This document shows positions 38,981 through 50,800 of a DNA stretch of 64,000 bases, piece after piece (positions within the stretch are counted from its first letter, which is position 1; every line of letters starts with the position of its first letter). The translations under genes and the position numbers were made by a program. The stretch is from Raja brachyura (lineage: Eukaryota): NCBI GenBank assembly GCA_963514005.1, contig OY740798.1:51832001-51896000 (forward strand), given 5' to 3'. Under the pieces are notes generated by a model. That model was not told the DNA's origin and ran no database searches. It saw nothing but the letters and a program-made list of their open reading frames with translations.

Positions 38981-40560
38981 ATACTGCATCTGCCACGCAT
39001 CTGCCCACTCACTCAACCTGTCCAGGTCACCCTGCAACCTCCTAACATCCTCTTCACAGTTCACACTGCCACCCAGCTCTGTGTCATCCGCAAACTTGCT
39101 AGTGTTCGTCCCAATTCCCACTTCCAAATCATTAATATATATGGTAAACAGTTGCGGCCCCAACACCGAGCCTTGCGGCACTCCACGCGCCACTGCCTGC
39201 CATTCTGAAAAAGACCCGTTCACTCCTACTCTTTGCTTCCGGTCTGCCAACCAATTTCCTATCCATGTCAACGCCCTACCCACAATACCATGTGCTCTAA
39301 TTTTAGTCACCAGTCTCCCGTGCGGGACCTTATCAAAGGCTTTCTGAAAGTCTAGATACACTACATCCACTGGCACCCCTTCATCCATTTTACTTGTCAC
39401 ATCCTCAAAAAATTCCAGAAGATTAGTCAAGCATGATTTCCCTTTCATAAATCCATGTTGACTTGGACTAATCCTTTTACTGCTATCTAAATGCCCCATT
39501 ATTACCTCTGTAATAATTGACTCCACCATCTTTCCCACCACCGAAGTCGGGATAACTGGTCTGTAATTCCCCGTTTTCTCTTTCGCTCCTTTCTTGAAAA
39601 GAGGGATAACATTAGCTATCCTCCAATCCACAGGAACTGATTCTGAATCTATTTAATATTGGAAAATGATCACCAATGCGTCCACTATTTCTAGAGCCAT
39701 CTCCCTGAGGACCCTGGGATGCAGACCATCAGGCCCAGGGGGTTTATCATCCTTCAGTCCAATTAGCCTACCCAATACTATTTCTCACCTAATGAAAATG
39801 TATTTCCGTTCCTCTACCTCCTTAGATCCTCTGTCATCCAGTACAGTGGGAGATTGTTTGTGTCTTCCTTAGTGAAGACAGATCCGAAGTACCTATTCAA
39901 CTCTTCTGCCATTTCCTTGTTGTCCATAATAATTTAACTTGTGTCTGCCTTCAAGGGACCCACATTTGACTTTGCTACTCTTTTTCCCTTAACATATCTA
40001 AAGAAGCTTTTACTGTCCTTTATATTCCTGGCCAGCTTCCCCTCGTACTTCATCTTTTCAGCCCTCTTTGTTTCCTTCTGTTGTCCTATGAAAGTTTCCA
40101 AATCCTCTGGCTTCTGGCTACTCTTTGCTGTGTTATACATATTTTCTTTTAGTTTTATTCTATCCCTAACTTCTCTTGTCAGCCACAGTTGCCCCCTACT
40201 CCCCTTAGAAATTTTCTTCCTTTATGGAATGAAATGATCCTCAAATTTCAGATTAAAACTAATCATATTATGATCACTACCTCCAAGCAGTTCCTTAACC
40301 TCGAGTTCTCTTCTCATATTTGGTTCATTGGACAACTAAATCCAGAATTGCCTTTTCTCTGGTCAGCTCCATTACAAGATGCTCTCAGAATCCATCTCGA
40401 CGGCACTCTACAAACTTTATTTCTTGGGGTCCTGAACCAACCTGATTTTCCCAGTCTACCTGCATATTTAAATCCCCCATCACCACAGTGGCCTTACCTG
40501 TGTTACATGCCAGTTTTAACTCCTTCTGCAACTTATACCCTACATCCGGGCTACTGCAGC
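38981..40560 (-). mobile_element. CR1 LINE (degenerate endonuclease to RT)
   Basis: ORFs with VVMGDLN, NYRPV, QHGF, YLDFQKAFDKV, GVPQGSVLGP, KFADDT. Confidence 0.95.
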
Positions 40561-40599
40561 CACGTCTCAGGAATCCCCATAATGTCATATCTGGAAGGA

Positions 40600-40895
40600 A
40601 TATTTAGTTTAGAGATGGAGCTCAGAAACAGGCCCTTTGGGCCCACCAAGTCCGCACCGACTAACGATCACCACACACTAACACTATCCAATACTCCAGG
40701 GACAATTTATAATTTTTATTGATGCCAGTTAACCTCCAAATCTGCATGTCTTTGGAGTGGGGGCGGAAACCGGAGAATTCGGAGAAACCCCACGTGGTCA
40801 CGGGGAATGTCCAAACTCCACACAGACAGCACCCGTGGTCAGGATCGAGCCCGGGTCTCTGGTGCTGTGACGCAGCAACTTTACCGCTGCGCCCC
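40600..40895 (-). mobile_element. tRNA-derived SINE (HE1/V-SINE-like); similar copies ~41155-41443(-), 46120-46365(-), 49870-50165(-), 51340-51615(-), 60890-61175(+), 61585-61760(+)
   Basis: A/B-box head (GCAGCGGTA...GGTTCGATCC-like), conserved core, AAGGGCCTGTTTC tail and (CTAAA)n. Confidence 0.8.
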
Positions 40896-40976
40896 CCGTT
40901 ATCTTTTCAAACTTTACACTCTGACTTTGTAAGTGCCAATTTAATTTGACTAATTCAGATCTTTTTTATTCTTCAG

Positions 40977-41009
40977 ATAATGGCAAAGTAGAAAATGTTG
41001 TCACTGAAG
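40977..41009 (+). CDS. 33-nt phase-1 micro-exon (DNGKVENVVTE), older paralog of the 45-nt exon
   Basis: GACTAAT branch-like motif, CTTTTTTATTCTTCAG acceptor and AAG/GTAAAA donor. The other two phases contain stops. About 100 bp of downstream intron is shared with the 45-nt exon. Confidence 0.72.
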
Positions 41010-42751
41010 GTAAAAGTCTTCATTTCCAATAGTTACTGTATTTTGAATGTTTGCTTCAAGTAGAAAGTTAGATCATTACACATGATCCAAATGTTTTCAA
41101 AACACAAAGTGCTGGAGGAACTCGGTGGCTCAGGCTGCATCTGGAGGGAATGTTTAGTTTAGTTTATAGATAGAGCTCAGAAACAGGTCCTTTAGCCCAC
41201 TGAGTCCGCAGGATCACCACACACTAACACTATCCAATACTCCAGGGACAATTTATAATTTTTACCGATGCCAATTAACCTCCAAACCTGCACGTCTTTG
41301 GAGTGTGGGAGGACCCTGAGAAAACTGATGCAGTCACAGGGAGAACGTACAAACTCCGTACAGACAGCACTCATAGTTAGGATCAAACGTGGGTCTCTGG
41401 CGCTGTATGGCAGCAACTCTACCGCTGCGTCACTGTGCCGCCCGAATAGAAAGACGCGCTTTGGGTCGGGAACCTTCTTCAAACTCGGAGTCTAACGAAG
41501 GTCAGCCTGATTGTAGGGAGGAGGAAAAGCTGTAAAAGAGATGGGGCAGAAGAAAGCCTGGCAGGTAATAGGTTGTCACAGGTGAGGGTGCTTTTTGATA
41601 AGCAGAAGGTGGAGATAAAAACAATCTTTATAATAATAATAATAATACATTTTATTTATATGGTGCCTTTCAGGACTCTCAAGGACACCGTACAATTAAA
41701 CCAAAAATGACACCTTACAATTAAACAAGCATGAAACAAAAACAACATATACAGTAACAATACACAATTTGGAGAGAGATCAGTGGCAGCCAATCACGCC
41801 AGCATTCACTCTCACCTCCAGCAGCCAAGATAAGACACAACAAACATAAAAACATCCCCCCACAATGGTTCCCACTGTGGGGGAAGGCACAAAGTCCAGT
41901 CCCATCCCCATGTCCACCCATAGTCAGGCCTATTGAGGCCTCCGCAGTCGGCACTACCGCGGCCTGATGTTTTAGCTCTACTCGCCGGGTGATGGTACTC
42001 CGGCGTCGGGAGAGTCCTCACAGCGGCTTGGGACACCTAGAACACACGCTTCCCTACCGGAGTCCGTGGCTACCGAAGCCGACAACTGGTGATCTCGCCG
42101 AGAGATCCCAGGCTCCCGATGTTAAAGTTCAGCGCTGCCGCCAGACCCGCAGCTCCGCGATGTTCACCTGTGTTCTCAGCAAAATCGTAGTTCCAGCGCG
42201 GCGACCCAGGCAAGGCATCGCCCGCTCCGCTCCACGATGGTGCTCCAGCGCTGAGCCGCTGCCGAAGCCGAGGTTCTGGGCGGTCCCCTCAGGAAACGCC
42301 GCTCCAGGCCCGCTGGTAGGCCGCGAGGACGGGTCGAAGTTGCAGCCCGGAGAAAAGCTGCCTCTCCGACCAGGTAGGGACCAGGAAAAGTAGTTTCCCC
42401 CTTCCCCCCCCCCCCCCCCCACACGCATAAAAAAGACTAGAACTCCAAAACAAAACACTAAAACTCACTAAAAATAAAAGAAAGAAGTTAAAAAACAGAC
42501 AGCTGCAGGCTGGGCAGCCATACCAACGGGACAGCGCCGTCGTGTTGCACCTTCTGTATCAGCCCATTACCTGCCAGGCTTTGAACTGCCCCTTCCAGCA
42601 TTCATCTCACCCTACAATCAGTGATGAAGGGTCCTGACCCAAAACATCACCTATCCATAATCCCCATGGATGCTGCCAAACCCACTGACATACTCCAGCA
42701 CTCTGTGTCTTTTTTTTGGTATGCGAGTGTCTGATTCACCATGTTCATAAG

Positions 42752-42778
42752 TATCTAGAAAGCGGAAAGTTAGTTCAG
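42752..42778 (+). CDS. Candidate 27-nt phase-1 micro-exon (VSRKRKVSS)
   Basis: Perfect CAG/GTGAGT donor and frame-preserving length; acceptor (TTCATAAG) is weak. Confidence 0.4.
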
Positions 42779-42888
42779 GTGAGTGTCTTTGGCATGGATA
42801 TGATATTTTTATACATTTTCATTAGTGGTTTGAAGCTAGTTTAGTTATTTTAGGGATACAGTGTGGAAACAGGCCTTTCAGCCGATTA

Positions 42889-45800
42889 CACTGGCTTGCA
42901 AAGGTTTTCATACCACTTGAACTTTTCCACATTTTGTCATGTTACAACCACAAACGTAAATGTATTTTATTGGGAATTTATGTGATAGACTAACACAAAG
43001 TGGTGCATAATTGTGAAGTGGAAGGAAAATGATACATGGTTTCCAAATATTATTCAAAGGGTTTCTACAGCTATATTAATCCAGCTAGGTAAATCCAAAG
43101 GGTTTCTACAGCTATATTAATAGCAAAAGGATAACGAGGGATAAAATTGGACCATTAGAGAGCCAGAATGGACAGCTACCTGCAGAGCCAAAAGAGATAG
43201 GGATATATTGAACAATTTATTTTCTTCGGTATTCACCAAGGATAAGGATATTGAACTCTGTGAGGTAAGGGAAAAAAAGTTGAGTAGCTATGGAAACTAT
43301 GAGATTCAAAGAGGAGGAAGTACTGACACATTTGAAAAAATATAAAAGTGGATAAGTCTCCAGGTCCTGACAGGATATTCCCGAGGACATTGAGGGAAGT
43401 TAGTGTAGAAATAGCAGGGGCTATGACAGAAATATTTCAAATGTCATTAGAAATGGGAATAGTGCCGGAGGATTGGCGTACTGCGCATGTTGTTCCATTG
43501 TTTAAAAAGGGTTCAAAGAATAAACCTAGAAATTATAGACCTGTTAGTTTAACGTCAGTGGTGGGCAAATTAATGGAAAGGATACTTAGAGATAATATAT
43601 ATAAGCATCTGGATAAACAGGGTCTGATCAAGAACAGTCAACATGGATTTGTGCCTGGAAGGTCATGTTTGACAAACCTTCTTGAATTTTTTGAAGAGGT
43701 TACTAGGGAAATTGATGAGGGTAAAGCAGTGGATGTTGTCTATATGGATTTCAGTAGGGCCTTTGACAAGGTTCCCCATGGAAGGTTGGTTAAGAAAGTT
43801 CAATCTTTGGGTGTTAATGGCGGAGTAGCAAGATGGATTCGACAGTAGCTGAATGGGAGATGCCAGAGAGTAATGGTGGATGGCTGTTTGTCAGGTTGGA
43901 AGCTGGTGACCAGTGGGGTGCCTCAGGGTCCACTGTTGTTTGTCATGTACATCAATGATCTAAATGATGGGATGGAAAATTGGATAAGTAAGTATGCAGA
44001 TGATACTAAGATAGGTGGTGCTGTGGATAATGAAGTAGATTTTCCAAGTCTACAGAGAGATTTGGGCCATTTGGAAGAGTGGGCTGAAAGATGGCAGATG
44101 GAGTTTAATGCTGATAAGTGTGAGGTGCTACATCTTGGCAGGACAAATCAAAATAGGACGTACATGGTAAATGGTAGGGAATTGAGGAATACTGTGGAAC
44201 AGAGGGGTCTAGGAATAACTGCATAGTTCCCTGAAGGTGGAATCGCATGTAGATAGGGTGGTAAAGAAAGCTTTTGGTGTGCTGGCCTTTATAAATCAGA
44301 GCATTGAATATAGGAATAGGGAAGTAATGTTAAAATTGTACAAGGCGTTGGTGAGACCGATTCTGGAGTATGGTGTACAATTTTGGTTGCCTAATTATAG
44401 GAAGGATGTCAACAAAATAGAGAGAGTAAAGAGGAGATTTACTAGAATGTTGCCTGGGTTCCAGCAACTAAGTTACAGAGAAAGGTTGAACAAGTTAGGT
44501 CTTTATTCTTTGGAGCGCAGAAGGTTAAGGGGGGACTTGATTAAGGTCTTTAAAATGATGAAAGGTATAGACAGAGTTGACGTGGATAAGCTTTTCCCAT
44601 TGAGGGTAGGGAAGATTCAAACAAGAGGGCATGACATGAGAATTAAGGGACACAAATTTTAGGGGTAACATGAGGGGGAACTTCTTTACTAGAGAGTGGT
44701 GGCTGTGTGGAATGATCTTCCAGCAGAATTGGTGGAGGCAGGATCGATTTTAACATTTAAAAGTAAAGTGGATAGGTATATGGACGGGAAGGGAATGGAG
44801 GGATATGGTCTGAGTGCAGGTAAATGGGACTAGGGGAAAATAAATGGTCGGCACGGACTGGAAGGGCCGAGAAGGCCTGTTTCTGTGCTGTAATTGTTAT
44901 ATGGTTATATGGATTTAGGTCTGGACTTTGACTGGGCCATTCTAACACATGAATATGCTTTGATCTTAACCATTCCATTGTAGTTCTGGCTGTATGTTTA
45001 GGGTCGTTGTCCTGCTGGAAGGTGAACCTCCGCCCCAGTCCCAAGTCTTTTGCAGACTCTAACAGGTTTTCTTCCAAGATTGCCCTGTATTTGGCTCCAT
45101 CCATCTTCCCTTCAACTCTGACCAGCTTCCCTGTCCCTGCTGAAGAAAAGCATTCCCACAGCATGATGCTGCCACCACTACGTTTCACAGTGGGGATGGT
45201 GTGTTCAGGGTGATGTGCACTGTTACTTTTCCGCCACACATAGCGTTTTGCATTTAGGCCAAAAACTTCAATTTTGGTCTCATCAGACCAGAGCACCTTC
45301 CTACACATGTTTGCTGTGTCCCCCACATGGCTTTGTAGCAAACTGCAAACGGGACTTCTTATGGCTTTCTTTCAACAATGGCTTTCTTCTTGCCACTCTT
45401 CCATAAAGGCCCGATTTGTGGAGTGCACGACTAATAGTTGTCCTGTGGACAGATTCTCCACCTGAGCTGTGGATCTCTGCAGCTCCTCCAGAGTAACCAT
45501 GGGCCTCTTGGCTGCCTCTCTGATCAATGCTCTCCTTGCCCGGCCTGTCAGTTGAGGTGGACGGCCATGTCTTGGTAGGTTTACAGTTGTGCCACACTCT
45601 TTCCATTTTCGGATGATGGATTGAACAGTGCTCCGTGAGATGTTCAAAGCTTGGGATTTTTTTTATCACCTAACCCTGCTTTAAACTTCTCCACAACTTT
45701 ATCCCTGACCTGTCTGGTGTGTTCCTTGGGCTTCATTATGCTGTTTGTTCACTAATGTTCTCTAACAAACCTCTGAGGCCTTCACCGAACAGCTGTATTT

Positions 45801-46117
45801 ATACTGAGATTAGATTACACACAAGTGGACTCTATTTACTAATTAGGTGACTTCTGAAGGCAATTGGTTGCACTGGATTTTATTTAGGGGTATCAGAGTA
45901 AAAAGGGGCTGAATACCTTTGCACGCCACACTTTTCAGTTTTTTATATGTAAAAAAATTTGAAAACCATGTATCATTTTCCTTCCACTTCACAATTATGC
46001 ACCACTTTAGCGTTGGTCTATCACATAAATTCCCAATAAAATACATTTACGTTTGTGGTTGTAACATGACAAAATGTGGAAAAGTTCAAGGGGTATGAAA
46101 ACTTTTGCAAGCCACTG
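42889..46117 (-). mobile_element. Tc1-like transposon, disrupted, inserted into a SINE
   Basis: Long TIRs (CAGTGGCTTGCAAAAG...), TA TSD, transposase with GRP HTH linker, WSDETK, FQQDNDPKH and WPSQSPDLNP, frameshifted near 45340. Confidence 0.95.
43055..44912 (+). mobile_element. CR1 LINE nested in Tc1
   Basis: KSPGPD, NYRPVSL, QHGF, YMDFSRAFDKV, KYADDTK, RRLRGDLI; (GTTATATG)n tail. Confidence 0.95.
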
Positions 46118-46484
46118 TAAGTCTATGCTGACCAGTAAACACCCGTACACTAGTTCTATCCATTACGCTAGGGACAATTTACATCAAGGCAATTAACCTA
46201 CAAACGTGCACATCTTTGGAGTACGGGAGGAAACAGGAGCACCCAGATAAAATCCACGTGGTCACGGGGAGAATGTATGAACTCCATACAGTCAGCACCC
46301 ATAGTCCCGATCGAACCCAGGTCTCTGGCGCTGTAAGGCAGCAACTCTACCGCTATGCCACAATGTTGTCCTGAAACTGCTATTTGAAGGATTGTGATGA
46401 ATCTTTTGAAGATCATATGTTATTCTATATGCATGATTTTCCATATCCACCCAAATGCAACTATTTAGATGGTAAAAATAGATT

Positions 46485-47165
46485 TAGGTTTATTATTGTC
46501 ATGTGTACCAAGGTATAGTATTAAGCTTTATTTTGCATGCTATCCAAGCAGATCCGATATCCCGTACATATATACAATCAGTTGAAACAGAAATAAAACA
46601 GATAGAGTAAAGGGGAAGATACAGAGTGCAGGATATAGTTCTCAGCATTGTAGCCCATCAGTTACAGAGACAAAGTCCAATGTCTACGATACGGCAGAGG
46701 TGAATCAGATAGTGCCCTAGCTTATGGAAGGACTGTTCATAAACCTGATAACAGAGGGGAAGAAGCTGCTCCTGAGTGGTGGTGTGTCCCTTCAAGCTTC
46801 TGTACCTTCTCCATGACAGAAGCAGGGAGAGAAAGGAATTGCCGGGGCGGGACATGTCTTTGATTATGTTGGCTGCTTTCCCGAGGCACTGTGAAGTGTC
46901 GATGGAGTTGATAGTCTGTGTGATGGACTGGGCTACATCTCCATCTCTCTGCAATATTGTGCGGTCTTGAGCAGAGCAGTTCCCAAACGAAGCTGTGATG
47001 CAAACGGTTAGTATGTTTTCTCCAGTGCATCTGCAGAAGTCTGCAAGGTGACATACCAAATCTCCTCAGTCTCCTCAGGAAGTAGAGGTGTTGGTGTGCC
47101 TTCTTGGCTGTCGCATCAATGTGGTTGGTCCACGACAGGTTATTGGTTATATTAGCGACTATAGT
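46485..47165 (-). mobile_element. Rex/Babar- or L2-like LINE 3' fragment
   Basis: NNLSWTNHIDATAKKAHQHLYFLRRLRRFG, ENILTVCITASFGNCS. Confidence 0.75.
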
Positions 47166-47494
47166 CATTTACTTTAAACATTGGAATTGGTGAATCTGTG
47201 GAATTTATTGCCACAGGCGGCAGTGGAGGCTAAGTCATTGGGTATTTTTAAAGCAGAGATTGATGGATTTGTGATACGCAAGGGTACCAAAAGGTTACGG
47301 GGAGAAGGCATGAGAATGGGATTGAGAGAGCCATGATTGGATGATGTAGTAGACTCAATGGGCTGAATGGCCTAACTCTGCTCCTATGTGTTATGGTCTT
47401 ATGTTTGGATTAAAATAAGTTGATTATGAGTATCAATAACCAGTGACTGTCATTATGGGTTTTACATTATTTACTATAAATGATATTCCAACAG

Positions 47495-47796
47495 AAGCGT
47501 TGAAGGTGGTCTCAAAGATAACATGCCTTACAGAGAAACCTAAGGCTGGGCACCCTGCAATGCTGTCCTGTAATGTTCGAGGCGCAGCCATAGAAAACGC
47601 CCATATCATCTGGTACAAAAATACTTACCCTTTTGATGAATATCGGTATGTTACAAACACGCCATTTGAAAATGAATTTGGTTTCACTACGACTTTAACT
47701 TACACACCAAAGGAAACAGATGGCAATCATATCCAAGTTTTCATTGATGTTAACCTGGAAGAACATGTTAGAGATTTCACTTTGATATTAAGTTGA
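47495..47796 (+). CDS. Terminal coding exon: atypical Ig-like (C-type) domain of an Ig-superfamily gene starting left of the window
   Basis: TTCCAACAG phase-1 acceptor; EALKVVSKITC...AMLSCNVRG...IIWYKN...FTTTLTYTPKETDGNHIQVFIDV...FTLILS*; non-repetitive sequence; AATAAA follows. Confidence 0.75.
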
Positions 47797-47889
47797 ATAA
47801 GCTAGTTCGGTATTCCAAAAAACACAAGGAATCATGGGAATTGTCCAAGGTCATTTGCCATGAAGAAAAAGCGAACAAAGTGCTGGCTG

Positions 47890-47895
47890 AATAAA
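47890..47895 (+). terminator. Polyadenylation signal AATAAA
   Basis: 94 nt after the stop codon, followed by T-rich sequence. Confidence 0.55.
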
Positions 47896-50800
47896 CTATA
47901 TAAATTCTTATCTTTATTCATAATTTATGTGTAAAAATATATGTAATCTGAGGAACGGGGGTGCTGTGTGGTCACATTGTAGGAATACAATGATGATAGT
48001 TTCCGAGTCGAATTTCACCATCCTGCTAATTTCAAAGCAATGGAATTCTTCAGCCTCATCTATGAGAGACTCCCATAAATGGTCAATTACTCATCCCCTC
48101 CCCAAAGGAACAGGTAGCGGGAGAGCGGGGTGTAACAGCGAGAGAGAGGGGGCAGATGAGAGTGGGAGACAGGGGAACCCGGGTCCCCAGCGCTGCCTAA
48201 CCGCCACTGGACCCCCTGTCCCGTTCCGTTTCCCCCCCCCCCCCCCCCCCCACCACCAAGTGTCCCATCCCCACCCAGCGACCCCGGACCGACGACACCA
48301 GTGGCCCCAGGCCCATAGCCAGCATGGAGAAGAAGTGGCAACCCCAGCTCAACTCCGCCTGTCTAGTCGGGCCAACCGACAGCCTCCGACCGACGGGACA
48401 CCAATCCCATAGACCACCCACGGGACACCAGGCCCACAGCCAGCGCGGAGAAGAAGTGCCAGCTACAGCCCAACCACGCTCCAACTCCTGAGGAACCCTC
48501 TCCCCGATGGGCTGGGGACCGACAGCAGCCGCCGGCCAAGCCCCCTGCCACTGATGAAAGCCGAGCACCAGCCATCAATGGGGGGACACGTAAAGCACTG
48601 CAACAACTCAGCTGGGACAGGCAGCATCCCCAGAGAAAAGGAATCGGTGAAGTTTCGGGTCCGGACATCTCCAGAGATGTTGCCTGACCCGCCGAGCCAC
48701 CGCAGCACCCAGTGTGCATCTCCGCCGATGACCGGCGCTTGGCCCCTGCCAACCGACAACCACTGAACAAGGAGAGAGGCGCAGCCAACAGTCCCCAGCC
48801 CCGGCCCCCCCCGGAAGCCGGAGCAGAACTGAGCCAGAGCTAGCGCTTTTTCCCCGCGCAGGCTGCAAGTCTAGCCCGACACCTCCGGCCGCCCCCGGAC
48901 ATGGACAGGACACCCGGGAGGGGACGGCCCAGCATCAACTCAACAGTGCCCGCAGTGCCGGAGACACGGGCCCAACCCCGACTCCACGAAGCAGCACGAA
49001 CTCGCTCACTCACCAAAGCATAAAGCAATAAAAACAACAAAATAGTCTTAGCTTTTAACAAAGGAACAACTAATACAACTAATTCATAGTTTGAAAGCAG
49101 TATTTTCTGACCTAGAAGAATCAAAACTGGAAAAAACAGATGAAATGAAGGTCTGTTTGTACACAGCTCCACTGCATCCAGCAATGTTTATGCAGAGTGA
49201 CCTTTGACCTGGGCATGCACAGTTGGAATACTGAACTCGCTTATTGATTCAGCATTTTTTGGAAGAATTTCAAACTGCAAGAATTTTGTTGTTCTTTTCT
49301 GATGCTTATGAAATTAACACGCTTGACTCATAATGTATAATTGAAGGCATTTCGTCAGTTTAGTTTATTGTCACATGTATCGAGGCACAGTGAAAAGCTT
49401 TGTTGCATGCTGACCAGTCATCGGATACACTATACATGATTACAATTGAGCAATCCACAGAGTTCAGATACATGATATAAGGGAATAAGATACAAGGGAA
49501 TAACGTGAATGATCAGTAAGGATGTGAAGAGTTACAGGGAGAAAGTGGGAGAATGGGGTTGAGAGGGAATAATAGGCCTATCCCAATGGCCTAATTCTGC
49601 TACAATATCTTATGGTCTAATGTGAGAATGAAATACTGCAATGTCAACTTCATGTTTACTACTGTATTTATATCTTTTTTACCCTTCTGGTTGATAAATG
49701 AATCCAGTTTGGTTCCCATATATTTTTATGCAAGTCATATAAAGTCACATTGATGTAAAGAGTTATGCGAGATTGTGAAGGGAAGTGGGGGCAAAGAGTG
49801 ATTTTTTTTTAGAGTTACAGCGTGGGAACAGACCACTGATCTGTCCACACTCGTTTATTTTAGTGATACATCATGAAAAAGACCCTTCAGCCAACTGAGT
49901 CCATGCCGACCATCAATCACACTCGTTCCATCTTGTCCCACTTTCACACCCACTCCCCACTCACTAGGGCCAATGTACAGAGGCCAATTAACCTACAAAT
50001 CCACACGTCTTTGAGATGTGAGAGGAAACCAGGCCACCCAGAGGAAACCCATACAGTCACAGGGAGAACATGCAAACTCCACACAGACACGCCTTAGGTC
50101 AGGATCGAACCTGGGTCTTTGGAGTTGAGAGGCAGCAGCTCTGCCAGCTGTGCCTCTGTGTTGCCCTTAGTTATGTTAACACTAGGTGCTACAAGAGACT
50201 AAATAATGATTAATTAAACACCAGTGGTTGCTTAGACAAGGCACTTTGTACCATGACCCAGAAACTGGTACAAAGCGAGTTATCTGAACAGACACTGGGA
50301 TTTAGTTAATAATTTCCCCGAATCTCCAACCCAGTATTTTTCCACGTTTGGAATATTTTAGGAATAGCATCGGGGCTGATGGAATTAAATGTTAATGCTG
50401 CAGAGTTTGCAGTTACAGCCAGTTAGTAACAGAAGTTTAGAGTATAGAAGGTTGAAGGGGAACCTCATTGAAACTTACAGAATAATGAAAGGCATAGATA
50501 GTGGATGTGGAGAGGATGTTTCCACTGGTGGGAGAGTCTAGGACAAGAGGGCACTGTTTTAGAAACGAGGTGAGGAGAAACCTCTTTAGTCATTGCCACA
50601 GAGGGCTGTGGGGGCCAAATCAGTGGATATTTTTAAGGCATAGATAGACAAATTCTTGATTAGAACAGGTGTCAAGGGTTATGGGGAGAAGCCAGGAAAA
50701 TGGGATTAGGCAGAAATCACCCATGATTAAATGGCAGTCTCAATGGGCCGAATGGCCTAATTTTGCTCCTATATCTTGTGAATTTGTAACAGGAACCAAG

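Noticed and set aside
38660-39208. Short ORFs sharing NSKIKxELTCSKFDL on opposite strands
   Set aside because: This is a by-product of the DIRS ICR/ITR inverted repeat.
40780-40895. tRNA genes
   Set aside because: These are SINE heads with A/B boxes attached to SINE core and tail; no full cloverleaf was seen.
47927-49184. GC-rich ORFs downstream of the terminal exon
   Set aside because: No recognisable domain or splice structure; probably an unclassified repeat.
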